From IMG/VR virus record IMGVR_UViG_3300025423_000014: DNA of 20,000 nucleotides; one strand, given 5' to 3'. The stretch comes from an uncultured virus (IMG/VR IMGVR_UViG_3300025423_000014). Lineage: Duplodnaviria > Heunggongvirae > Uroviricota > Caudoviricetes. The notes beneath the pieces are model-generated. The model was not told where the DNA came from, did no database searches, and worked only from the letters and a program-made list of their open reading frames with translations. Shown here one piece after another: positions 8,886 to 15,791 of the stretch. The position numbers were made by a program, and so were the translations under genes. Numbering within the stretch: position 1 is the stretch's first letter; each line of letters starts with the position of its first letter.

Positions 8886-8957
8886 TGCGGGATGATCTAA
8901 CATTTAGGATGCCTCATTGATAAAGGGGCCGTCGGAGTTTAAATCTCCGTCCCGCAA
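8886..8957 (+). tRNA. Degenerate tRNA-Ile(GAT)-like cloverleaf (atypical tRNA or pseudo-tRNA)
   Basis: Acceptor TGCGGGA/TCCCGCA (7 bp) plus discriminator A; D stem ATCT/GGAT; anticodon stem CCTCA/AGGGG with loop TTGATAA; variable region CCGT; T stem CGGAG/CTCCG with loop TTTAAAT. Lacks D-loop GG, C56 and an encoded CCA. Confidence 0.6.
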
Positions 8958-9314
8958 TTTCTTAGCTTTCTTTTCTTCACGTAACTCATAGTGGTGTATT
9001 CGGTGGCAATTTGCGCATAATACGATACATTTAGCTGCCTCCTCATACGCTTTTTTCCAAGACTTATTTCGCACAAATTCATGAACTGCCCCTAACTTAT
9101 TACTGGGGTCTATATGATGAAAATCCATAGCAGCAGGGTGTGCAAAGCCACATGCCGCACACTCTAGCCCAAGTCTATGTGCTTCCCAAATACGTTTATA
9201 TTCAATACGATTACTTTTCGTTCTTTGTTTAGTTAACTCTTTGTTGTTTTGATAGTGCTTAGATGACGCTTTTTTGTTAACTTCTTTACGTTTTTGTGGG
9301 TCTTTATATGGCAT
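8904..9314 (-). CDS. HNH endonuclease (zinc-binding CxxC type), antisense to the structural operon
   Basis: ECAACG...MDFHHID...KCIVLCANCHRIHH; basic N-terminus MPYKDPQKRKE. ATG at 9314 preferred over the ORF-track start at 9326. Confidence 0.85.
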   Translation of the reverse strand: MPYKDPQKRKEVNKKASSKHYQNNKELTKQRTKSNRIEYKRIWEAHRLGLECAACGFAHPAAMDFHHIDPSNKLGAVHEFVRNKSWKKAYEEAAKCIVLCANCHRIHHYELREEKKAKKLRDGDLNSDGPFINEAS

Positions 9315-9319
9315 AACGC

Positions 9320-9347
9320 TTGACACAAGTTAAAACCGTGCTATAGT
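9320..9347 (+). promoter_or_regulatory. Strong sigma70-type promoter for the downstream structural genes
   Basis: TTGACA (9320-9325), 16 nt spacer, TATAGT (9342-9347) with extended TG at 9339-9340. Confidence 0.75.
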
Positions 9348-9356
9348 ATCACACAT

Positions 9357-9427
9357 CTGGGATTCAAACCTTGTTGCCAGCCCACCCAGGGGTCACGATG
9401 CAACGATTAACAAGGTAACTTTTGCAT
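9357..9427 (+). ncRNA. Candidate structured leader RNA with double-pseudoknot topology (possibly related to the Mu-gpT-DE motif)
   Basis: Three perfect interleaved complementary pairs: CTGGG 9357-9361 with CCCAG 9385-9389; ACCTTGTT 9368-9375 with AACAAGGT 9409-9416; ATGCAA 9398-9403 with TTGCAT 9422-9427, ending at RBS AAGGA. Confidence 0.55.
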
Positions 9428-9441
9428 AAGGATTAAAAGTC

Positions 9442-10146
9442 ATGGCACGCACCACATTCGAAGGTCCAATTCTTTCAGGCGACGTTAGATTTGGACCCCT
9501 ACGTAACGTAGGATATTCACAATTAGTTCAGAACATTGATATCAATATTGGTAACTCAACTGTTGGTTCATCTACATACGGTGGAGCATCTGGACAGTTT
9601 GTAGCTTCTAACGGTGTTCCTAACATCAACGGAACAGTTTTTGTTCCATCAGCTACAGCAACACCAACAGCACAAACAATCCCTGCTGATACAGCTACTA
9701 ACATCTATCGCGGCGCGGTATTTTATTTACCAACAGGCGCTGATTTAGACGATATCTTTTTTGATATTCAAACAGCATTTTCTGTAACTGGCGGTACAGC
9801 TTCTCTGACTTCAGTTCAGTTCTTAGCAAGCAACAACTACACAGCTGCAGCCGGTACAGCCGCTTACTTCCAAACAGCCGCGATCACATCAAACGCTGTA
9901 GGTCGTCAATCACTAGCTACTTTTACAGGCACACAAATCAGTAATCAATCTGCAACTTCTACAGACATTTATCAAGGCGGCAATCAGCCTAACTTGTCTC
10001 AAGTTGTTGTAACAATTGCATTGGTTGGTACTGCGCTATTAACTGCAACTTCTATTGCAGGACAAGTAAACGTAACGCTACGCTATACACAGCCTGATAA
10101 CAACATTGGTACATTGACAACTTACCCCTACGGTAACTTTGACTAA
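9442..10146 (+). CDS. Putative virion structural protein (minor capsid/decoration-like)
   Basis: 234 aa, RBS AAGGA, N-terminus MARTTFEGPI, beta-rich Thr/Ser/Ala/Gly composition, first structural-type gene after the capsid gene and island. Confidence 0.6.
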   Translation: MARTTFEGPILSGDVRFGPLRNVGYSQLVQNIDINIGNSTVGSSTYGGASGQFVASNGVPNINGTVFVPSATATPTAQTIPADTATNIYRGAVFYLPTGADLDDIFFDIQTAFSVTGGTASLTSVQFLASNNYTAAAGTAAYFQTAAITSNAVGRQSLATFTGTQISNQSATSTDIYQGGNQPNLSQVVVTIALVGTALLTATSIAGQVNVTLRYTQPDNNIGTLTTYPYGNFD

Positions 10147-10155
10147 TTAATCCCC

Positions 10156-10178
10156 GGGGACTTCGGTCCCCATTTCTT
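10156..10178 (+). terminator. Hairpin terminator with cUUCGg tetraloop (imperfect U-tract, probably leaky)
   Basis: GGGGAC-TTCG-GTCCCC followed by ATTTCTT, intergenic. Confidence 0.7.
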
Positions 10179-10195
10179 GATTTAAGGAGATTAAT

Positions 10196-10984
10196 ATGGC
10201 ACAAAGCCCAAACGGTATACCAAGTACTAATAACCAAATCAATTCCATTACGCGTCAAGCGAAGGTGGAGCCTTTTGATTTACAGGTATCTCGCGGTCAA
10301 ATTTTTGGTCATCAAACACTAAGTTTGTTTGGTTATCAATCCGCGGTTGGAAATACAAAAATCCCAGTATGGGAAAACGCAACTACTTACACATACATTA
10401 CAACAGCCTCCACGCTTACGTTGGTAAGTTCTTCTGCATCAGATGACACTTTAGCAAGCATATTAATTAATGGTTTAGATGCTAACTTTAAACCAATTTC
10501 TGAAATAATAGCAATGAATGGGGTTACAGGTGTAACAACTGTTAACAGTTATTTTAGAGTTAATAGCATGATAATGGTTTCCCCTGGAACCGGTCAAAAC
10601 ACTAATGTAGGTACTATCACTTTAAAACAAGTTTCAAACATTGTTGCACAAATTAATGCAGGAATTGGTAAGACACAAAGTACCATTTATACAGTCCCTG
10701 CAGGCTATTCATTTTATTTGGATTTTGCGGAAGTAAACACTTCTAATAGCTATACATCATCCAACATTGTTACGTATTCTGTACAAGCAATTAATAACCT
10801 TAACAACGTAAAACTAAATGTTTTGCAACAACCGTTTGTATCTATTTATACAGCAAATAGAAGTTCTGATCCCTTTTTGTATGCAGAAAAAACTGATGTT
10901 CAGTGGCAATTGGTTACAAGCACGGCTACGACCATTGCGGCTGGAGTTATTATTGCCGGTAAGTTAATTTCTAACGGATCTTAA
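10196..10984 (+). CDS. Hypothetical protein, probably virion-associated, beta-rich
   Basis: 262 aa, RBS AAGGAG, Thr/Ser/Asn/Ile-rich. Confidence 0.7.
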   Translation: MAQSPNGIPSTNNQINSITRQAKVEPFDLQVSRGQIFGHQTLSLFGYQSAVGNTKIPVWENATTYTYITTASTLTLVSSSASDDTLASILINGLDANFKPISEIIAMNGVTGVTTVNSYFRVNSMIMVSPGTGQNTNVGTITLKQVSNIVAQINAGIGKTQSTIYTVPAGYSFYLDFAEVNTSNSYTSSNIVTYSVQAINNLNNVKLNVLQQPFVSIYTANRSSDPFLYAEKTDVQWQLVTSTATTIAAGVIIAGKLISNGS

Positions 10985-10985
10985 A

Positions 10986-11237
10986 ATGGCTAAGTCTCCA
11001 GCATGGCAACGCAAGGAAGGCAAGAATCCGAATGGGGGGCTGAACGCCAAGGGGCGAGCCTCCGCAAAGAAAGAAGGGCACAACCTGAAACCCCCAGCCC
11101 CACATCCAAAAACAGAAAAAGATGCGGCTCGACGTAAATCTTTTTGTGCAAGAATGAGTGGTATGCCCGGCGCAATGAAAGATGAAAAAGGAAAACCAAC
11201 GCGTAAAGCGCTGTCTTTAAAAGCATGGAATTGTTAA
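10986..11237 (+). CDS. Small basic phage protein (DUF6321-like)
   Basis: 83 aa, Lys/Arg-rich; AWQRKEGKNPNGGLNAKGRAS and RRKSFCARM...SLKAWNC resemble a widespread phage family. Family name from recall, not searched. Confidence 0.65.
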   Translation: MAKSPAWQRKEGKNPNGGLNAKGRASAKKEGHNLKPPAPHPKTEKDAARRKSFCARMSGMPGAMKDEKGKPTRKALSLKAWNC

Positions 11238-11279
11238 AAAAACACTGATAAGTACAAAGAAACAAGAGAAGAGGTTTAA

Positions 11280-11465
11280 ATGGTACAACATGCAGAAAAC
11301 GCAAAGAACGTAGTAGACGGCATAGCTATCGCTACCACCTTGGGAACATTGATGGAAGTATTACCTTCGGTTTCTGCGGCTTTATCAATTGTTTGGTTAA
11401 TTATTCGCATCTGGGAAACTGATACAGTTCAAGGTTGGATCAAAAAAAATGCCAAGCACGAGTAA
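11280..11465 (+). CDS. Small membrane protein, holin-like
   Basis: 61 aa, RBS GAGG, hydrophobic stretch VVDGIAIATTLGTLMEVLPSVSAALSIVWLIIRIW and basic C-terminus; no endolysin seen in the window. Confidence 0.5.
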   Translation: MVQHAENAKNVVDGIAIATTLGTLMEVLPSVSAALSIVWLIIRIWETDTVQGWIKKNAKHE

Positions 11466-11811
11466 AAAACAACACAATCTTATGGCAGCGGTGGCGCACA
11501 ACCCAGCGTTTGCTAAGAAGGTAGGGATCCCACAATCAGTGGGAAAAGACTTTAGCAACGCCGATAAAGGCAAAAAATTTTCAAAAGGTGGTGATATGAA
11601 GAAAATGTCAAAAGGTGGAGACACCAGCATGTCTAACTCTAGCAAAGAGAAAAAAGGCATGACTAAAGAAACTATGGGTAAAGTTCGCACTGGCGCTCCT
11701 AGCAGAGACGGTATTGCTGAACGCGGAAAAACAAAAGGAAGAATGATCAGTATGGGTGGAAACTCTATTGGTACTGGCGGTTTGTATAATGTTAAAGGAC
11801 CATCAAAATGA
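11449..11811 (+). CDS. Small Lys/Gly-rich hypothetical protein
   Basis: 120 aa, overlaps both neighbours; MPSTSKKQHNLMAAVAHNPAFAKKVGIPQSVG; tandem SKGGD repeat. Confidence 0.7.
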   Translation: MPSTSKKQHNLMAAVAHNPAFAKKVGIPQSVGKDFSNADKGKKFSKGGDMKKMSKGGDTSMSNSSKEKKGMTKETMGKVRTGAPSRDGIAERGKTKGRMISMGGNSIGTGGLYNVKGPSK

Positions 11812-12008
11812 AAAATGATTTTCCTCCAATGATGAACGAAGAGACACCTAAGCATGTTCATAACGTAGATCATACTGAAAAAATGTATGGCGGTGACGGA
11901 CATAAACAGCACCATGAGTTCTTTGGTCAACACGCTGCAGGACACAAAAAACACCACGAGCATGTTGAAGCTATGTGTGGTGGCGGAATGTCCGGTAGAA
12001 AAAAGTGA
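11808..12008 (+). CDS. Small His-rich hypothetical protein
   Basis: 66 aa, RBS AAGGA, ATGA overlap, 11 His. Confidence 0.65.
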   Translation: MKNDFPPMMNEETPKHVHNVDHTEKMYGGDGHKQHHEFFGQHAAGHKKHHEHVEAMCGGGMSGRKK

Positions 12009-12244
12009 TGCCTAGTCGTGGAATGGGGGACATTGCTCCCTCAAAAATGCCTAAACCTGTGACTAAAAAACGCAGGGATGACACTGACTTTCAAGAATTT
12101 AAGAAGGGCGGTAAGGTCGGGCTTTATGCAAACATTAATGCCAAACGTGCACGTGGTGAAAAAATGCGTAAGCCCGGTGATCCTGGGGCACCCACAAAAC
12201 AAGACTTTATTAATTCTGCAAAAACAGCAAAGGTTAAAAAATGA
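12005..12244 (+). CDS. Small basic hypothetical protein
   Basis: 79 aa, coupled overlaps at both ends; GLYANINAKR...KMRKPGDPGAPTKQDF...AKTAK. Confidence 0.7.
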   Translation: MMPSRGMGDIAPSKMPKPVTKKRRDDTDFQEFKKGGKVGLYANINAKRARGEKMRKPGDPGAPTKQDFINSAKTAKVKK

Positions 12245-12534
12245 GTATATTTGAAAAGTTTGAAAAGCAAGCAGGGACACTACTGCAAGAACTGAAAGAA
12301 CATATACTTCATCAAACCATGAAGGGTAACAAAGTCGATCCTACTTTCCAAGATTTTGTTACACACTTAGAAGCCCATGTTAATAATACAACTGTTGTTA
12401 CTCCCGCCCCTGTTGCTGTTGTTGAACCTGTTGAATCTACTCCAGCTCCTGTGGTATCTGATACAGTGGTTGTGGCGACGCCTGTAGTTGAGCCAGTTCA
12501 GCACACAGAAGACCCAGATCACGCGACTAACTAA
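12241..12534 (+). CDS. Hypothetical protein with Pro/Val/Thr/Glu low-complexity tail
   Basis: 97 aa, ATGA overlap; TPAPV and VVEPV each occur twice. Confidence 0.6.
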   Translation: MSIFEKFEKQAGTLLQELKEHILHQTMKGNKVDPTFQDFVTHLEAHVNNTTVVTPAPVAVVEPVESTPAPVVSDTVVVATPVVEPVQHTEDPDHATN

Positions 12535-12536
12535 AC

Positions 12537-13502
12537 ATGACCATCTCAACGCTTAATTCGCTGACTTCGGGTACAGCGAGTTTTAACCTTAACTTAACTG
12601 AGTTATGTGAGGAAGCGTATGAACGCGCCGGTTTTGAGATGCGTACTGGTTATGAACTACGTACGGCGCGAAGGTCTCTTAATTTGTTGTTTGCTGATTG
12701 GGCAAACCGTGGTATTAACATGTGGACGATGGAGCAAGGTACGATCACCCTTACTCCGGGTTTAAATACATATCCATTACCGCTTGACACAGTGGATCTT
12801 TTAGATCACGTTATACGCACAAACCCCAACAATACGTCCACTCAAGCGGACTTAACGATCACACGTATCAGCGTATCTACATACGCAACAATTCCAAATA
12901 AACTAACTCAAGCCAGACCTATACAGGTTTGGGTACAGAGATTAAACGGACAAACGTATTCAACTGGATATACCGTAGCAAGCGCAGTAGCGGCTACAGA
13001 CACTACAATTACACTATCATCTACAGCTAATATGGCTACTGCCGGGTATGTTAATTTAATATCTAGTGGCGTAACAGAAACCATTTACTACAATAACATA
13101 TCAGGGAATACCCTAGGTAATTGTTTTAGAGGGCAAAATAACACAACAGCCACCAGTTTTCCTGTTGGTGCAACAGTCAACGTACCTAATCTTCCAGCTA
13201 TTACTGTTTGGCCGACCCCTGATGCATCACAAACTTATCAATTTGTGTACTGGCGCATGCGTAGAACGCAGGATGCTTCACAGTATGGTAACAACGTCAT
13301 GGACGTTCCTTTTAGATTTATCCCTTGTATGGCGGCAGGTTTGGCGTACTATGTGGCTTTAAAAGTTCCAGATGGGCTACAAAGATTACCAATTTTAAAA
13401 CAACAGTATGATGAGTTTTGGGAGTTGGCTGCTTATGAAGACCACGAAAAGGCTTCTTTGCGCTTGGTACCAAGACAGATGTTTATAGGTGGTGTTATTT
13501 AA
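12537..13502 (+). CDS. Putative head-tail adaptor/neck protein with inserted Ser/Thr-rich domain
   Basis: 321 aa; helical N-terminus (EEAYERAG...TARRSLNLLFADWANRGINMW) and C-terminus (PFRFIPCMAAGLAYY...LKQQYDE) as in podovirus adaptor proteins. Confidence 0.6.
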   Translation: MTISTLNSLTSGTASFNLNLTELCEEAYERAGFEMRTGYELRTARRSLNLLFADWANRGINMWTMEQGTITLTPGLNTYPLPLDTVDLLDHVIRTNPNNTSTQADLTITRISVSTYATIPNKLTQARPIQVWVQRLNGQTYSTGYTVASAVAATDTTITLSSTANMATAGYVNLISSGVTETIYYNNISGNTLGNCFRGQNNTTATSFPVGATVNVPNLPAITVWPTPDASQTYQFVYWRMRRTQDASQYGNNVMDVPFRFIPCMAAGLAYYVALKVPDGLQRLPILKQQYDEFWELAAYEDHEKASLRLVPRQMFIGGVI

Positions 13503-13892
13503 ATGGGTAATCGGTTTTCATCCGGCAAGAACTCGATTGCCGAGTGTGATCGGTGCGGGTTTCAATTTAAGTTAAAAGAACTTAAAAAAGAAGTCATCAA
13601 GACAAAGACGTACGACTTGAAAGTCTGTCCCCAATGTTGGGACCCGGATCAACCGCAATTGCAACTCGGTATGTACCCAGTTGATGATCCACAAGGCGTA
13701 CAAGACCCAAGACCCGACACGACATATGTGGTTTCTGGTTTAGGTTCTGACGGATATAATGATGGAGGAAGCCGAATCATTCAATGGGGATGGAACCCTG
13801 TGGGCGGTTCAGAATTTTACGATTCAAGTCTTACGCCAAACAACTTGGCTTTGACCGTTTCAATTGGGCAAGTTACAATCGCAACGACATAA
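13503..13892 (+). CDS. Hypothetical protein with zinc-ribbon-like CxxC...CxxC
   Basis: 129 aa; CDRCG and VCPQCWD. Confidence 0.7.
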   Translation: MGNRFSSGKNSIAECDRCGFQFKLKELKKEVIKTKTYDLKVCPQCWDPDQPQLQLGMYPVDDPQGVQDPRPDTTYVVSGLGSDGYNDGGSRIIQWGWNPVGGSEFYDSSLTPNNLALTVSIGQVTIATT

Positions 13893-13901
13893 GGAGTTAT
13901 T

Positions 13902-14102
13902 ATGGCTAAGAAAGAAATGGATAAAGATTTGGCTCAAGATAAAGCCATGATCAAAAAAGCTTTTAAAGAGCACGACAAACAAGAGCATCCTGGTAAGCAC
14001 ACTAAAATCACACTTAAAAAAGGTGGTGTAACTGGCGCCAGTATGAGATCAATGGGTCGTAATCTGGCACGTGCACGTAACCAGAAACCTGGGAGCAAGT
14101 AA
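13902..14102 (+). CDS. Small basic hypothetical protein
   Basis: 66 aa, RBS AAGGAG, LKKGG motif. Confidence 0.7.
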   Translation: MAKKEMDKDLAQDKAMIKKAFKEHDKQEHPGKHTKITLKKGGVTGASMRSMGRNLARARNQKPGSK

Positions 14103-14362
14103 TGGCTAAATTCAGTATGAAAAAGGGTGGCAAAGAAATAGGTCCTGCATCTACTTACGCAGCTCCCCATACTTCTGGCGGTAAAACGCTTGAAGAAAAA
14201 GACATCGGTTACTCTGTTGAAATGCCAACACGTAAGAACTGGACACCTTTAAATGGTGGAGTTTCTATTGGGCACAACGACATGGTTGAGTCTACTGGTA
14301 TTGAAACACGTGGTAACGGCGCAGCTACCAAAGGTAGAATTGCTAGAGGACCAATGGCGTGA
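14102..14362 (+). CDS. Small hypothetical protein
   Basis: 86 aa, TAATG overlap; MKKGG near the N-terminus, C-terminal GIETRGNGAATKGRIARGPMA. Confidence 0.7.
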   Translation: MAKFSMKKGGKEIGPASTYAAPHTSGGKTLEEKDIGYSVEMPTRKNWTPLNGGVSIGHNDMVESTGIETRGNGAATKGRIARGPMA

Positions 14363-15354
14363 CATATACAGAATTAGTCACAAGTATCCAAAGTTATACG
14401 GAAAATCAATTTCCGACTGTATATCTTGCTGATGGAACGAGTGAGTCTACAACAACTCAAATTAATCGTTTCATCGAGCAGGCTGAACAACGCATATACA
14501 ATAACATCCAGTTCCCTAGTCTTCGCGCTAACGTGACAGGAACATTGACTGCGGGTAATCAGTATTTATCTTGCCCAAATGATTTTTTATCTGTGTATTC
14601 AATAGCGGTTTATCCTGCAACAGGAACCAATGCAAATACATTCACATACTTAATTAACAAAGATGTGAACTTTATTCGTGAAGCGTTCCCAAGCACAACT
14701 TCCGCTTACTATGCACAACCCCAGTATTACGCGCTTTTTGGTCCTCAGTACAACAATATTGCAGAGCTAAGTTTTATTCTAGGACCAACGCCAGATCAAA
14801 ACTACGCAGTAGAACTGCACTATTATTACTACCCACCCACAATTATTCAAGGCAGTATTACAGCAATTACACTAACAACTGCTGGATCAACATACACCAA
14901 CGGTACATACTATGACGTTCCTTTAAGCTACAACGCATCACAGCCAACAAATGCGGGCGGTTCTATTAATGGTAACTCAGGTCTTGCTACAATTGTAGTA
15001 TCTGGTAACGTTGTTACTTCTGTAACAGTAACAAGTGGCGGAGCGTTTTATAGTGTTGGAGATATATTGACGGTCTCCCCAACATACATTGGTTCAAGTG
15101 GTTCTGGATTTACAGCAACTGTGTCTAGTGTTGGAAACTCAACAGGCGTTACTTGGCTTGGGGACAACTATGATGCGGTTTTGTTATATGCTTGTTTGGT
15201 AGAAGCGTATACCTACATGAAAGGCGAAGCCGATCTTGTAACTCTGTATAACACAAAGTACGTGGAAGCACTTGCAGAAGCTAAACGTCTTGGTGATGCA
15301 CTTGAAAGACAAGACGCATATCGTTCAGGACAATACAGACAGGCGGTGACCTAA
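14359..15354 (+). CDS. Putative tail adaptor/tubular protein with inserted Gly/Ser/Thr-rich module
   Basis: 331 aa, GTGA overlap start; MTYTELVTSIQSY...FIEQAEQRIY, GPTPDQNYAVELHYYY, WLGDNYDAVLLYACLVEA typical of podovirus adaptor-like proteins. Confidence 0.6.
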   Translation: MTYTELVTSIQSYTENQFPTVYLADGTSESTTTQINRFIEQAEQRIYNNIQFPSLRANVTGTLTAGNQYLSCPNDFLSVYSIAVYPATGTNANTFTYLINKDVNFIREAFPSTTSAYYAQPQYYALFGPQYNNIAELSFILGPTPDQNYAVELHYYYYPPTIIQGSITAITLTTAGSTYTNGTYYDVPLSYNASQPTNAGGSINGNSGLATIVVSGNVVTSVTVTSGGAFYSVGDILTVSPTYIGSSGSGFTATVSSVGNSTGVTWLGDNYDAVLLYACLVEAYTYMKGEADLVTLYNTKYVEALAEAKRLGDALERQDAYRSGQYRQAVT

Positions 15355-15782
15355 TGGCTTTTATAGGAAATTGGGCTTGTGATGTATTTAAAACCGGCAT
15401 GATGAACGGCGTGTATAACTTCACGTCTGGTAATTTTTACATTGCGCTGTACACCAATTCAGCTACGCTTAATCAAAACACAACGGCTTATACAAGCATA
15501 GGCGAGACAACTGGATCAGGCTACACAGCGGGTGGTCAATTATTGGTTGTTTCACAAACCCCAACTACAGGTAGTATAGGGGACACGGCGTATATTTCTT
15601 TTAATAATGCTGTATGGACAGGCGCAATTAGTGCACGAGGCGCGTTAATATATTTAAAAAATGGTACAACCAATCCTGCAGTTTGCGTTTTAGATTTTGG
15701 GGCAAGTAAGGCTTCTACTAGTTCGTTTACTGTACAATTTCCGGCTAGCACTAACACAGCTGCGATTATTCGCATTTCATAA
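15354..15782 (+). CDS. Putative tail structural protein
   Basis: 142 aa, TAATG overlap; FYIALYT, GYTAGG, ARGALIY, AVCVLDFG. Confidence 0.65.
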   Translation: MAFIGNWACDVFKTGMMNGVYNFTSGNFYIALYTNSATLNQNTTAYTSIGETTGSGYTAGGQLLVVSQTPTTGSIGDTAYISFNNAVWTGAISARGALIYLKNGTTNPAVCVLDFGASKASTSSFTVQFPASTNTAAIIRIS

Positions 15783-15791
15783 GGAACCATC

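Noticed and set aside
9315..9326. ORF-track start of the minus-strand HNH at 9326
   Set aside because: It overlaps the TTGACA -35 element; ATG9314 gives a typical MPYKD start.
7822..9441. Group I intron or intein hosting the HNH genes
   Set aside because: The flanking genes look complete with their own stop, terminator, promoter and RBS; I could not identify intron core elements, so the HNHs appear free-standing.
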